DNA of 53,118 nucleotides from a virus (Duplodnaviria; Caudoviricetes): IMG/VR virus record IMGVR_UViG_3300020045_001235, positions 1 to 53,118 of that record; one strand, 5' to 3'. Shown piece by piece: positions 25,356 to 35,540 of this stretch (position 1 is its first letter; each line of letters starts with the position of its first letter). The notes under the pieces were generated by a model. It saw only the letters and a program-made list of their open reading frames with translations, ran no database searches and was not told where the DNA came from. The position numbers and the translations under genes were made by a program.

Positions 25356-25550
25356 ATGGACGAAAATCGTATCAACGCACTTCTCGCAGCGCTGTCTGAG
25401 CAACGTAATGCTGCTCTCAATCAAGTCGTAGAACTGTCTGCGAGCTTGGCGGTGGTGAAGAATGAAGTTGAGCAACTGAAAAAAGAACTCGAAGCGGCGA
25501 CGGCGATTTTGGCTGATTCTGCGACTGTTGTGGAGAAACCCGATGCCTAA
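25356..25550 (+). CDS. small coiled-coil protein
   Basis: AGGAG RBS; LSEQRNAALN. Confidence 0.75.
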   Translation: MDENRINALLAALSEQRNAALNQVVELSASLAVVKNEVEQLKKELEAATAILADSATVVEKPDA

Positions 25551-25845
25551 CTACAAACAATCTGACGTTGCTGGCACGCAGTGGCAGCGTTGCAATCAAC
25601 TCTGGATCAACAATCCGTACAACGAAGTGCCGACTATCAACATGTGCGAGGAAGTCGTCGTGCAGGCTGGTACGGAAGTGTTCAAGCAACCGACAACGGG
25701 TATGTCCTTCCCTTTCGATCCGACCGAAGTTATCCCTCTGCTACATCCGGAAACGGGCGAAGTGCTAGGCGAAACGACCGGGATGGATATTTACGTTGCT
25801 TTGTGGAGCCTTTATGCCAAACGAGCCGCAGAACGTGACACCTAA
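25543..25845 (+). CDS. hypothetical fibre-associated protein
   Basis: GGAG RBS; MPNYKQSDVAGTQWQRC...ALWSLY. Confidence 0.75.
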   Translation: MPNYKQSDVAGTQWQRCNQLWINNPYNEVPTINMCEEVVVQAGTEVFKQPTTGMSFPFDPTEVIPLLHPETGEVLGETTGMDIYVALWSLYAKRAAERDT

Positions 25846-26071
25846 GTGGATTCGCATGCTTGATTGCGTAAGTCAGTTCTTCAACGTACTGTTTTACAAC
25901 GGCGACTCTAACTACTCGATCAGTGGTGAGTCGTATCGTAAGGGTAGAATTCGTACTCGCTACCTGATTGACTTGTTGTTCGCACCGTTTGAATCCGATC
26001 ACTGCCGTAAAGCCTACCTTAACGACCGACGTAAGGCTGAAGAACTCCTGAAGGAGAAAGAAATTGATTGA
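25835..26071 (+). CDS. hypothetical protein
   Basis: SQFFNV...SISG...IDLLF...DHCRKAY; start inferred from overlap. Confidence 0.65.
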   Translation: MTPKWIRMLDCVSQFFNVLFYNGDSNYSISGESYRKGRIRTRYLIDLLFAPFESDHCRKAYLNDRRKAEELLKEKEID

Positions 26072-26414
26072 AGAACTGATTTCTCGCATATTCTGCTGCC
26101 GCAACTTGGCACACATCGAGCACTGGACGACCGACTCTTATGCACAGCACGTCGCGTTTGGTGACTTCTACGAAAGCGTGATTGAAATTACTGACGATCT
26201 CGTTGAGGCGTATCAGGGGAACTTCGGGCGCATTGGTAAAGTGGCGCACAAGGAGTACGCAAAGGAAGCACTCCTGTGTTTGGAAGCTACTGCCGTCTGG
26301 CTTGTCGAGAACCGCGAAGAGATTTCAAAAGGGGTTGCTGCACTTGATAACATCGTTGACGAACTTGTCGGCCTGCACCTGAGTACGATCTACAAGCTCA
26401 AGTTCCTGAAATGA
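26064..26414 (+). CDS. Dps/ferritin-like protein (DUF5856-like)
   Basis: HIEHWTTDSYAQHVAFGDFY...DDLVEAYQG...LDNIVDE...YKLKFL. Confidence 0.7.
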   Translation: MIEELISRIFCCRNLAHIEHWTTDSYAQHVAFGDFYESVIEITDDLVEAYQGNFGRIGKVAHKEYAKEALLCLEATAVWLVENREEISKGVAALDNIVDELVGLHLSTIYKLKFLK

Positions 26415-26785
26415 GTCCTGAGAACGAGTACGCTCTCGTCGGTGGTGGAGAAACGACACTTCACACTCACCCGCTGACCATCAGTCACGACATTCTGCAA
26501 CGACTGGACACCATTACCAAAAGTCCGACTGTTACAGGTGATACGACCTTGACTGGTGCAGAAGACTTCGTACTCGTCGATACGTCCGCAGGAAACATCA
26601 CAATCACGCTCCCTCGCAAGATCGAAGGGTTGGTGTGCGAAGTCATCAAACCGAACGCAGCCTACACCGTGACGATCCTGCCGCAAGCCGGAATGACGAT
26701 CTTGGGTGCAGCCGGGGCAACCCTCACTGCCGCAGGTAGTTCGGCACGATTCAAACTCTTCGGTACTGACTGGAAGGTAATATGA
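26411..26785 (+). CDS. small virion protein
   Basis: LVDTSAGNITITLP...GTDWKVI; ATGA overlaps. Confidence 0.7.
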   Translation: MSPENEYALVGGGETTLHTHPLTISHDILQRLDTITKSPTVTGDTTLTGAEDFVLVDTSAGNITITLPRKIEGLVCEVIKPNAAYTVTILPQAGMTILGAAGATLTAAGSSARFKLFGTDWKVI

Positions 26786-28035
26786 GCTACATCCCGCTTG
26801 ACCAAATGGCGTTTCGTGACGGCCCAAATCTGGATGCTTTCGGTAGACTTCGAGTATCGGAGTCGGTGACGCTATTTGGTACGTCGCAAGAATACAATTA
26901 CCACCCATTGCTCTGGGATCACTACACGGCGTCTGGCGGCACAGCGACCTACACACAAGCGAACAACAGCACGGTACTTTCGACCGCAGGGGCGACTTCG
27001 GGCGCAAGAGCGTTGCGGCAGACCAAGTTGTATTTTCGCTACACCCCCGGCAAAGGGCAGTTGGTCAAGATGACCGGCACACTGCGTAAAGGCTCTGTTC
27101 CCACCAGTGCTGCCAAGACTGCGTTGGGGTACTTTGACGACGATAACGGCGTTGGTTTCAGAGACGCGGCAGCAGGGGTGGCGGTATTCATTCGTTCCAA
27201 CGTCAGCGGCTCCCCCGTCACCACGGCGGTACTTCAGAGTGCATGGAATCTGGACAAGTTGGACGGCACGGGACCCAGCGGTAAAACTGTAGATTGGACC
27301 AAAGAACAGATTTTCATGGTCGATTTGCAGTGGTTGGGCGTAGGGCGGGTGCGTTACGGTCTCGATCTTGACGGGGAGCTGGTTTACTGTCACGAGATTG
27401 ACAACTCCAACTCACAAACGTCAGTCTACATGCGGACGTGCAACCTTCCGATGCGCTACGAGGCGTTCAATGACGGTGGCGCAGGTTCTAACGTGTCCGT
27501 TGAGGCAATTTGTAGTTCTGTAGAATCTGAAGCAGGTGTCGACGAGGATGACTTTTACGTCTTTGCATACAACGCATACTTGAGTCCTGTAACCCTTGAT
27601 ACGACACTTCGCCCTTACATCACCCGCCGACTGCGTAGCAACTTCAATGGTCTGCGAGCTAGAGGGCATGCCCATTTGGCAGGATTCAACCTTCTAATTG
27701 GTACGAACTCGATCTACTGGGAGATTCGCTACAACGCTACGTTGAGCATTGCCGGCGTTACCACGACAACCAACGTCGATACAAACTACTCCATGAGCGA
27801 GTTCGATACTTACACGGGCACCAACACCGGTACGGGTGGGGTTCTGGTTGCTAACGGCTTCGCTGCGCCGGGGCAGGGCAACAATACGTCCCCGCTATCC
27901 GTTCAAAATATGGGGGCACGACCGTTGTTGGGTTGGACTTATGCAGGTGTAGCTGACACTTATACACTCTTCGCACGATCCATGACAGGTTCCGCAACCA
28001 TGTCTGCCGCAATAGCCCTACAAGAGCAATATTGA
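26782..28035 (+). CDS. beta-rich virion protein (possible lectin-like appendage)
   Basis: DAFGRLRVS, RYTPGK, WNLDKLDGTG, QWLGVGRVRYG. Confidence 0.7.
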   Translation: MSYIPLDQMAFRDGPNLDAFGRLRVSESVTLFGTSQEYNYHPLLWDHYTASGGTATYTQANNSTVLSTAGATSGARALRQTKLYFRYTPGKGQLVKMTGTLRKGSVPTSAAKTALGYFDDDNGVGFRDAAAGVAVFIRSNVSGSPVTTAVLQSAWNLDKLDGTGPSGKTVDWTKEQIFMVDLQWLGVGRVRYGLDLDGELVYCHEIDNSNSQTSVYMRTCNLPMRYEAFNDGGAGSNVSVEAICSSVESEAGVDEDDFYVFAYNAYLSPVTLDTTLRPYITRRLRSNFNGLRARGHAHLAGFNLLIGTNSIYWEIRYNATLSIAGVTTTTNVDTNYSMSEFDTYTGTNTGTGGVLVANGFAAPGQGNNTSPLSVQNMGARPLLGWTYAGVADTYTLFARSMTGSATMSAAIALQEQY

Positions 28036-28064
28036 CGGTATAATACGCAAAACACGGGGTCTCT

Positions 28065-29798
28065 ATGGCGGAAATCAAAGAAGTCTCACAAATTACAACA
28101 CTTCCTGGTATTCGCCGGGACGGGACTAACTTGGACGGAGATTTCTTCACTGACGGCCAATGGGTTCGTTTTCAGCGAGGTCGTCCGAAGAAGATGGGTG
28201 GCTTCCGTGAGATTGTGGATGATTTGACGGGTCCGGCACGAGCGACGTTGGTGTGGTCACGCGGCTTCATGAACGCAATGTACACCTTCTCCGAGTCCAA
28301 GATCGAAATGCTCTTGGTGGATCAGAACGGCGTTGGTAACAACCTCTATGATCGTACCCCATCAGGATTCACGTCCGACCCAAACCACATCTGGTCCGTG
28401 GATACAATGTACGACGACGCTGTGGGTAGCCAAGGTACAATCATCGTTGCGGTTCCCACTACGTCACTGTCTAACATCGACGACACGACCGACCATCAAG
28501 TGTACTTTGGCTTGGCGAACGGCACAGGTGCGTTTGACCCTATCACAGGGCTTACTGTCTCTGGCGGCGTGGTCTGTATCTCCCCCTACCTCGTGTACTT
28601 CGGTTCCGACGGCTTAGTGGGGTGGTCCGACATCAATCAGCCGCAGACGCTGACGACTGGCGATGCAGGCTCTGACCGTGTTACCGGCTCCAAGATCGTC
28701 AAGGGGCTGCCTATCCGTGGCGGTAATGGTCCTGGTGCGCTGTTGTGGTCTTTGGACTCGCTCATTTCGATGCAGTACATCGGCGGCTCTGCGATCTTCC
28801 GATTCACGACCATCTCGGCACAGACTTCCATCCTCTCGCAGAACAGCGCGATTGAATACGACGGTTCGTACTTCTGGGTGGGTGTTGACCGCTTCCTCGT
28901 GTACTCAGGTGGACAAGTCCAAGAGCTTCCCAACCAGCACAACATCAACTGGTTCTACGACAATCTGAACTTCGCACAACGTCAGAAGGTATGGGCGACT
29001 AAGATTCCGCGTTTCGGTGAAATTTGGTGGTTCTATCCTCGCGGAACAGCGACTGAGTGCACCCATGCGGTCATTTATAACGTGCGTGAAAAGACTTGGT
29101 ACGACTGCGAATTGGCGCGATCTTCTGGCTACTATTCACAAGTGTTTCACTATCCGGTGATGACCGGTTCGCAAGCCAACGTCAACAAACGGCGTCTAAG
29201 CATTACGATCTCAGTTGGTACGTTCAATCTCGGCGACAACATCGTTGGTATTATCTCAGGTGCGACTGCGACGATCTACGAAGTGGCAAGTGCGACCGAG
29301 GTGTTGGTCAACATGATTTCCGGAACGGAATTTACTGACGGCGAAACGATCACCAACCAGACTGTATCTGGCACTGCGGCTATTCAAGCGATTCAAGACT
29401 TGTACGGCATCTACGTCCACGAACAAGGTCTGAACGCCATCATCGGTGAAAGTGAACAGTCAATTGAGAGCTACTTCGAAACTTCCGACTTCGGTTATCC
29501 AACCGGCGGAGCACAGCAGAACGACATCAAGGGTCTGAACCGTTGGACGAGGCTTATTCGCGTTGAGCCTGATTTTGTACAGTCTGGCGACATGCAGGTA
29601 CAAGTCGTAGGTCGCGAGTTCGCACAGTCCCCTGACATCTACAGTGACCCTTACACCTTCAACGGTGATACAAGTTACGTGGACATGCGGGAGCAGCGTC
29701 GTCAGATCAGATTGCGGTTTAGCAGTAGCACCTTGGGCGGTAACTACGAGATGGGGCGGGTCATACTGCACACCGAACCGGGCGACGTGAGGTCTTAA
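28065..29798 (+). CDS. putative tail nozzle/DNA-stabilisation protein (P22 gp10-like role)
   Basis: PGIRRDGT...WVRFQRGRPKKMGG, FGEIWWFYP, RVEPDF; lies before the ejection genes. Confidence 0.7.
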   Translation: MAEIKEVSQITTLPGIRRDGTNLDGDFFTDGQWVRFQRGRPKKMGGFREIVDDLTGPARATLVWSRGFMNAMYTFSESKIEMLLVDQNGVGNNLYDRTPSGFTSDPNHIWSVDTMYDDAVGSQGTIIVAVPTTSLSNIDDTTDHQVYFGLANGTGAFDPITGLTVSGGVVCISPYLVYFGSDGLVGWSDINQPQTLTTGDAGSDRVTGSKIVKGLPIRGGNGPGALLWSLDSLISMQYIGGSAIFRFTTISAQTSILSQNSAIEYDGSYFWVGVDRFLVYSGGQVQELPNQHNINWFYDNLNFAQRQKVWATKIPRFGEIWWFYPRGTATECTHAVIYNVREKTWYDCELARSSGYYSQVFHYPVMTGSQANVNKRRLSITISVGTFNLGDNIVGIISGATATIYEVASATEVLVNMISGTEFTDGETITNQTVSGTAAIQAIQDLYGIYVHEQGLNAIIGESEQSIESYFETSDFGYPTGGAQQNDIKGLNRWTRLIRVEPDFVQSGDMQVQVVGREFAQSPDIYSDPYTFNGDTSYVDMREQRRQIRLRFSSSTLGGNYEMGRVILHTEPGDVRS

Positions 29799-29799
29799 A

Positions 29800-31299
29800 A
29801 TGAACGTAAACGATTTGTACACGCAATACCTCGCTCGTGAGGCGGATAAAGGCGGTCTTGATTACTGGAACCAGCAGTTCGGTGACGATGTTAGTTCGGA
29901 CGAAATGGGTGCGTTCCTGAAGGCCGCGATGGCTAACAAGGAGGGTAATCTTCTCACGGACACGGGGCGGCAGTCGGCACTCACAGGCTACAACGACCTT
30001 CGCGGTAATGAATGGCTGCAACGACTTCGTGATGCCAATCAGGTTGATCCTACTCAAGTCGCCCAGAATCGGGAACAGAACGCTTACGATCAGCAGATGT
30101 GGGACGCCAAGCGCAACGAATACCTTCAGCAGGGTTTCGGAGAAGCTGACGTAAACGAGATGATGTCTCGCGAACGACCTGTTACACCACTTATGAAACA
30201 AGTTGACATCCCTGCCAACATGGCTGAGTTCTGGCAGCAGTATGGTAGTGCCCCAGAGGGTGGTTGGTCTGATGAGAACATCTACAAGAATCAGGACGTT
30301 TGGTCGCGCTTGGCGAATACCAATCCGTTGCAACAGTGGATGGGTCCGAAAGGTGCACTGAATCGGACGACCGACATTGAGGCTGATTTGCTGCCTAACT
30401 TCTCGCTTGCTGGGTCTGGTTCTCCGGAGGACTTACAACGAGGCTTCAACGCGCTGCAACACTTCGCCCCGCGCAACATCAACGAGTTCTCCAGTTTGGC
30501 GCCTGAAGTGCAGCAAGGTATGCTGAATACGCCCGGTGCGGCACTGGCCCAGATGCGTGCGTACTCCAACATGGCGAACGGTGACTGGCTTTCGACCGGC
30601 GCAGAGGGAGGCTTCACTGATCCTACGGCGTACAGTTGGGACAAACAGAAGGGGTTGCAAGTTGACCCCAATAAGTTCATGCAAGTACAGGATGGTGATA
30701 ACTGGAGTGTGCCCCTGTCAATCATCGGTACTGCGCTGTCCTTTACGCCACTCGCACCACTTGGTATGGCAATGAATGCGTTCAATGCTGCGGCACACGA
30801 TAACTCGGTTGGAGCGGTTGCGTCCTTCCTCCCCGCAACTCCGCTGGGTGCAAACCTGTCTGGCGGTATTGGTAATTTGACAGGGTTGGGCGCAAATGCA
30901 AGTAACGCTTTATCGTCAGGATTGATCGGTACGGGCATGGGGTTGGCAGGCGGTCAGGATATCTCCGACGCACTCAAAGGTGGTGCTATTGCAGGCTTGT
31001 CGTCGTATGGCTCAGGGATGCTCGGCGGTGCATTGAAGGATTCAGGATTTACACCGCAGCAAAATTCTGCTATTAGTGGTGCAGTAGGCAACGCTGCAAA
31101 AGCTGCTTTGGGCGGTGGGAGTTTGCAGGATGTTGCAACGTCGGGTCTGATCGGCGGGGGTAGTGGTTATGCAGGCGCAACGCTTGGCGATTATACAAAG
31201 AACCTTGTTCCCGGACTAAACCAACAACAAAACACCGGACTTGCAAATTACTTGACCAATCTCGCCATCAAGGGTGGGTTGTCAAAGATCAACGGGTAA
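29800..31299 (+). CDS. putative internal virion/ejection protein
   Basis: Gly/Ala-rich hydrophobic C-half; position after nozzle. Confidence 0.65.
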   Translation: MNVNDLYTQYLAREADKGGLDYWNQQFGDDVSSDEMGAFLKAAMANKEGNLLTDTGRQSALTGYNDLRGNEWLQRLRDANQVDPTQVAQNREQNAYDQQMWDAKRNEYLQQGFGEADVNEMMSRERPVTPLMKQVDIPANMAEFWQQYGSAPEGGWSDENIYKNQDVWSRLANTNPLQQWMGPKGALNRTTDIEADLLPNFSLAGSGSPEDLQRGFNALQHFAPRNINEFSSLAPEVQQGMLNTPGAALAQMRAYSNMANGDWLSTGAEGGFTDPTAYSWDKQKGLQVDPNKFMQVQDGDNWSVPLSIIGTALSFTPLAPLGMAMNAFNAAAHDNSVGAVASFLPATPLGANLSGGIGNLTGLGANASNALSSGLIGTGMGLAGGQDISDALKGGAIAGLSSYGSGMLGGALKDSGFTPQQNSAISGAVGNAAKAALGGGSLQDVATSGLIGGGSGYAGATLGDYTKNLVPGLNQQQNTGLANYLTNLAIKGGLSKING

Positions 31300-31311
31300 A
31301 CAGAGGTTAGC

Positions 31312-32454
31312 ATGAGTGACTATTCCGATTTGTTCTCTACCGGATACGACTTGGGGTCCGGCTTGGGTGGTAGTTATTACGGTGGCGATTACAGCACACC
31401 TCAATTTGATTTCGGTTTGTCCGACTTGAGCACCTTGCTGTCTACAGGTTACGACCTCGGGTCTGGGCTGAATCCAAGTTCAGGTCTTGACCTTGAGAGT
31501 TTGCTTGGTATCTCGATGTCTCCGTATGATTTCGGTGTGCCGCTGGATACGTCGTTGGGGGGTGGTCTATCGTCAAAGTACGGCGTACTCAGTGCGCTCA
31601 AAGACTATCAATCGCCAATGGGTTACGACTCAAGCGATACCGGTGTGGGTATTGAGTCGCCTGTACTTCCGAACACTTCGCAGTACAACTTCGGCAAAGA
31701 CCCTGACGCCTTTCAAACATACCTTAGCGACTTGAACAAGTCCTACGAAGCTCTCCCTACCATCGACGAGGAAGGTTTGAACCCCAAGTGGTTCTCTGAC
31801 CCACTGAAGGCTTACGAGAACAGCCTCCTTCCGTCGGTTGATATGGTGGCCCCTCAGTTGAGTTCTGCTTACCAGCAGAAGTACGGCGTCAATGCTTATG
31901 GCGAACCTACCAAGGTAGCCCCGTCAAACATTGCGTCGGCTCTGAAGGCGCTACAAGGCGCATTGAAGTTAGGCTCGTCCGCAGCGGCGCTGTACGGTCT
32001 TACGCAGTCCCCAACCCCGCCGATCAAAGCACGAGGTACGTCTGCTCCGGTCAGTTGGGGTGCAGCGCCGGCAACGCGCACGCCGCGTAAGTTCTACGCC
32101 AACGGCGGTCTGATTGAAGGCGAGCGTGAAGAATCTGAAGAAGGTGCGTGCGGCGGCGGTCTTGAGAGTGTTCTGATTGCACTGGCGAACAAGGCGATTG
32201 AAAAAGGATTGATTAAGGGTCATAGCGGCGGTCAGGATGACGATGTGACAATTGGAGCTTCGCCGGGTGAGTACGTACTCGATGCTGAAACTGTATCGGC
32301 ACTCGGGGACGGTAACACTGCTGCTGGCGCTAAAAAACTTGATGAAATGCGGTACAATCTGCGGCAACACAAGCGGTCTGCCGACTCCGATAGCATCGCC
32401 CCCAAATCACACTCCATAGAAGTCTATATTTCAGGAGGCAAACTCCGTGGCTGA
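31312..32454 (+). CDS. putative internal virion protein
   Basis: FYANGGLI and GGQDDDV...SPGEYVLDAETVSALGDG motifs. Confidence 0.65.
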   Translation: MSDYSDLFSTGYDLGSGLGGSYYGGDYSTPQFDFGLSDLSTLLSTGYDLGSGLNPSSGLDLESLLGISMSPYDFGVPLDTSLGGGLSSKYGVLSALKDYQSPMGYDSSDTGVGIESPVLPNTSQYNFGKDPDAFQTYLSDLNKSYEALPTIDEEGLNPKWFSDPLKAYENSLLPSVDMVAPQLSSAYQQKYGVNAYGEPTKVAPSNIASALKALQGALKLGSSAAALYGLTQSPTPPIKARGTSAPVSWGAAPATRTPRKFYANGGLIEGEREESEEGACGGGLESVLIALANKAIEKGLIKGHSGGQDDDVTIGASPGEYVLDAETVSALGDGNTAAGAKKLDEMRYNLRQHKRSADSDSIAPKSHSIEVYISGGKLRG

Positions 32455-35400
32455 TACAACTACAACTCAACCTGTTGGTGGGACGGTTCAGTATACGAAT
32501 CCTGCTTACTGGGAGCCATTCCTCCAGAACATGGGTAACTACGCCACGGGACTCCCCGAAATGGCGCAGAACACCTATCAGAATTGGTACAACCAGCCGC
32601 TGACCGCAGGGCCGTCTGGTAATACGCAGCAAGCCTACGATTTGGCAGGACAACCGAATCAGTGGACCCCTACAATCCAGAACGCCATCACTGGTTTGCA
32701 AGGTGCATATGGCCAGTACGCAGGTCAAGCTGAGAACTACCTCGGTCAGGCCGGCACACCCTTGATGCAAGGCTTCAACGCCCTCGGCCAAACTCAGAGT
32801 TCGGTCAGCAACTACCTCAACCAAGCCGACCAAGGTCAGATGGCGGCGAATTCGTCGTTGGGTGGTTATACCGGTGCTCAGAGTCTGATTGACGCAACGC
32901 CGGGTGCCGTTAGCGGTTACTTGGGTGGTATGGATCAGGCGCAGCAGGGCATTACGAATACGTTGGGTGGGTTTGGTACAGCGCAGAACCTTCTGAATCA
33001 AGCGCCAAGTTCCGTTACCAACTACCTGAATCAAGCTGATGTCGGTCAGCAGGACGTGAACAACCTGATGTCTGGCTATAATGCCGCACAAAACACGTTG
33101 GGTCAGACTCAAGGTGCTGTGGGTAGCTACCTCGGGGGTGTAGATCAGAATCAACAATCCATCGCCGACTACGCTTCCCAGATGGGCACGATGTTGGGCG
33201 GTGTCGGGTCGGGTACGAATTACTTGGCACAAGGTGCAGGTACGTTAGGTTCCACGATGGGGGCGGTCAACCCCTACTTGAGCAACGTCAGCGGCATTCA
33301 AAACCAAGCGTTGAACACCACGAACACGGGGTACGGTACCGCTCAGAACATGCTTGCAGGTACTCAAGCCGAAGTCAATCCGTATCTTGCAGCCGGTCAA
33401 CGTTTGCAGAACACGGCGCAGAACTACACCAAGCAGTCGGGGCAAGGTGTTCAGAATATCAACGCGGGGCAGTCTGCGGTCAATCAAGCGACCAACACAC
33501 TGGGACAAGCGACCGGAGCGGTCAATCCGTTCCTGAGTTCTACCGACGCCGCACAGCAAGCTGCAATGAATGCTCAGTCTGGGTACGACAAGGCGCAGGG
33601 GTACTTGGATCAAGCGCAAACTGCAATGTCCCCGTATCAACAAAGTGCTGATACTTCCCAAGCCGATGCGGCCAAGTACGCTTCGCAGATGGGTACTGCA
33701 CTACCGACGATTCAAAAGGGGTTGAGCTATCTGGACAACCTTGGTTCTTACCAGAATGAGGCGAGTTCTGCGTTCAATCAGATTGGCGACTACTCGGCAT
33801 CAGAACTGCAAAAGTACCTGAACCCGTTCACGCAGGATGCTGCCAACGCCACAGTCAGCGAACTGAATCGTAATTTGGAAGAGAACTTGCTCCCTGGAGT
33901 CAACAGTACGTTTGCCGGTGCAGGGCAGTTCGGCTCTACGCGCAATGCTGACTTCACCAACCGGGCGTATCGAGACACACAAGAAGCCGCTGCCAAAGCT
34001 CTTGCTGCTGCTAACTATGGTGCCTACAACAGTGCTCAAGGGTTCTACTCCGACTGGGAGAACAAGAATCTGGCGGCTGCTCAAGGTAAGGCGGGACTGG
34101 CCGCAAACCAGATCGGTGCTGCTAACGCTGCCGGTAATCTCGCAGGGCAGCAAGCGAACATCGCCCAACAGCAAGCTCAGATCGCCCTTGCGAACGCAGG
34201 TCTGGATCAGCAGCAGGCAAATGCCGTTGCGAACCTCATGCCTCAGTTGGCTCAGGTCAGCGGCAACATGACGACCGCACAAGTCTCCAGTGCGTTGCAG
34301 AGTGCCGGCTTGGATCAACAACAGGCTAGCACGGTTGCCCAGATGTATCCGCAACTGGCAAGTGCCTATACGCAAGCCGGTGCCACGTCTGGCAGCTTGG
34401 GTACTCAGAAGGCAAACATTGCTTCGCAGCAGGCGCAGACTTCGTTGCAGAACGCCGGCCTCAGTAACCAGCAGGCACAGACGGTTGCGAACTTGCTGCC
34501 GAACATCGCCAATTCGTTGGGTAACATGACCAACTCGCAGATCAACAACTACCTGACTTCTGCCGGACTGTCTCAGGGGCAAGCGAGCACCGTGGCGAAC
34601 CTCCTGCCGCAAATCGCATCTCAATACAACGCCGCTGCGCAGACTTCTGGCGCACTGTCGTCGGTCGGCTCCAACATCATCAACCAACAGATGCAAGGCG
34701 CTCTGGCAAACGCCGGTCTGGATCAGCAGCAGGCCGCAATCGTCGCAAACATGATGCCGCAGTTGGCTCAAGCGCAAGGGTCGCTCACGACAAGTCAGAT
34801 TTCCTCCAAGTTGCAGAGTGCCGGTTTGGATCAGCAGCAGGCCAACACTGTCGCCCAGATGTACCCTCAACTAGCTCAGACGCAAGGTGCTCTCACTACA
34901 AGCAGCATTGCCGCACAAGTTCAGAATGCCGGTCTGGATCAGCAGCAGGCCGCAATCGTCGCAAACATGATGCCGCAGTTGGCGCAAGCCAAGGGTAACT
35001 TGACGACCAGTCAGATTGCTTCGCAACTTCAGAGCGCCGGTTTGGATCAGCAGCAGGCTAACACTGTCGCTCAGATGTATCCGCAGTTGGCAGCGTCTTA
35101 CGGCTCGCTTGCAGGGCAGTATGGCAATTTGGCGGGGCAGTACGGCAACCTTGGTTCCAACCAAATGAACCTTGCTTCGACGCTGGGTAATCTGGCCGGC
35201 GCAGGAGCCAATCTGGGTCAGCAGCAGTTGTCGAATCTGGTTACTACAGGTACGGCGATGCAAGGGTTGCAGCAGAACGAACTCACCAACAACTACCAAG
35301 ATTGGTTGGCACAACAGAACTACCCGATTACGTCGATGGGTGCGCTGAGTTCCATGGCAGGTAATTTGAGTGGTGCTATGCGGCCGGATCAGTCAACGGT

Positions 35401-35530
35401 GCTGAATCAGACTTCTGGGGCTCAGAATGCCGCTGCCGCGATGCAGATTTTGAATTCGGGACTTGACCCTGCGACGATTCAAAGTTTGATGACTAGCTTG
35501 GGTCTGACCGCTCCGGCTACCACAGGTTAA
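32447..35530 (+). CDS. Gln/Ala/Gly-rich repeat protein, putative DNA ejection conduit
   Basis: GGAGG RBS plus GTG; 35/49-aa and 36/50-aa repeats around a YLNPF...AGQFGSTR core. Confidence 0.75.
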   Translation: MADTTTTQPVGGTVQYTNPAYWEPFLQNMGNYATGLPEMAQNTYQNWYNQPLTAGPSGNTQQAYDLAGQPNQWTPTIQNAITGLQGAYGQYAGQAENYLGQAGTPLMQGFNALGQTQSSVSNYLNQADQGQMAANSSLGGYTGAQSLIDATPGAVSGYLGGMDQAQQGITNTLGGFGTAQNLLNQAPSSVTNYLNQADVGQQDVNNLMSGYNAAQNTLGQTQGAVGSYLGGVDQNQQSIADYASQMGTMLGGVGSGTNYLAQGAGTLGSTMGAVNPYLSNVSGIQNQALNTTNTGYGTAQNMLAGTQAEVNPYLAAGQRLQNTAQNYTKQSGQGVQNINAGQSAVNQATNTLGQATGAVNPFLSSTDAAQQAAMNAQSGYDKAQGYLDQAQTAMSPYQQSADTSQADAAKYASQMGTALPTIQKGLSYLDNLGSYQNEASSAFNQIGDYSASELQKYLNPFTQDAANATVSELNRNLEENLLPGVNSTFAGAGQFGSTRNADFTNRAYRDTQEAAAKALAAANYGAYNSAQGFYSDWENKNLAAAQGKAGLAANQIGAANAAGNLAGQQANIAQQQAQIALANAGLDQQQANAVANLMPQLAQVSGNMTTAQVSSALQSAGLDQQQASTVAQMYPQLASAYTQAGATSGSLGTQKANIASQQAQTSLQNAGLSNQQAQTVANLLPNIANSLGNMTNSQINNYLTSAGLSQGQASTVANLLPQIASQYNAAAQTSGALSSVGSNIINQQMQGALANAGLDQQQAAIVANMMPQLAQAQGSLTTSQISSKLQSAGLDQQQANTVAQMYPQLAQTQGALTTSSIAAQVQNAGLDQQQAAIVANMMPQLAQAKGNLTTSQIASQLQSAGLDQQQANTVAQMYPQLAASYGSLAGQYGNLAGQYGNLGSNQMNLASTLGNLAGAGANLGQQQLSNLVTTGTAMQGLQQNELTNNYQDWLAQQNYPITSMGALSSMAGNLSGAMRPDQSTVLNQTSGAQNAAAAMQILNSGLDPATIQSLMTSLGLTAPATTG

Positions 35531-35540
35531 AGGATAAACA

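Noticed and set aside
18541-28035. Diversity-generating retroelement or invertible tail-fibre cassette
   Set aside because: No reverse transcriptase, template/variable repeat pair or invertase recognised
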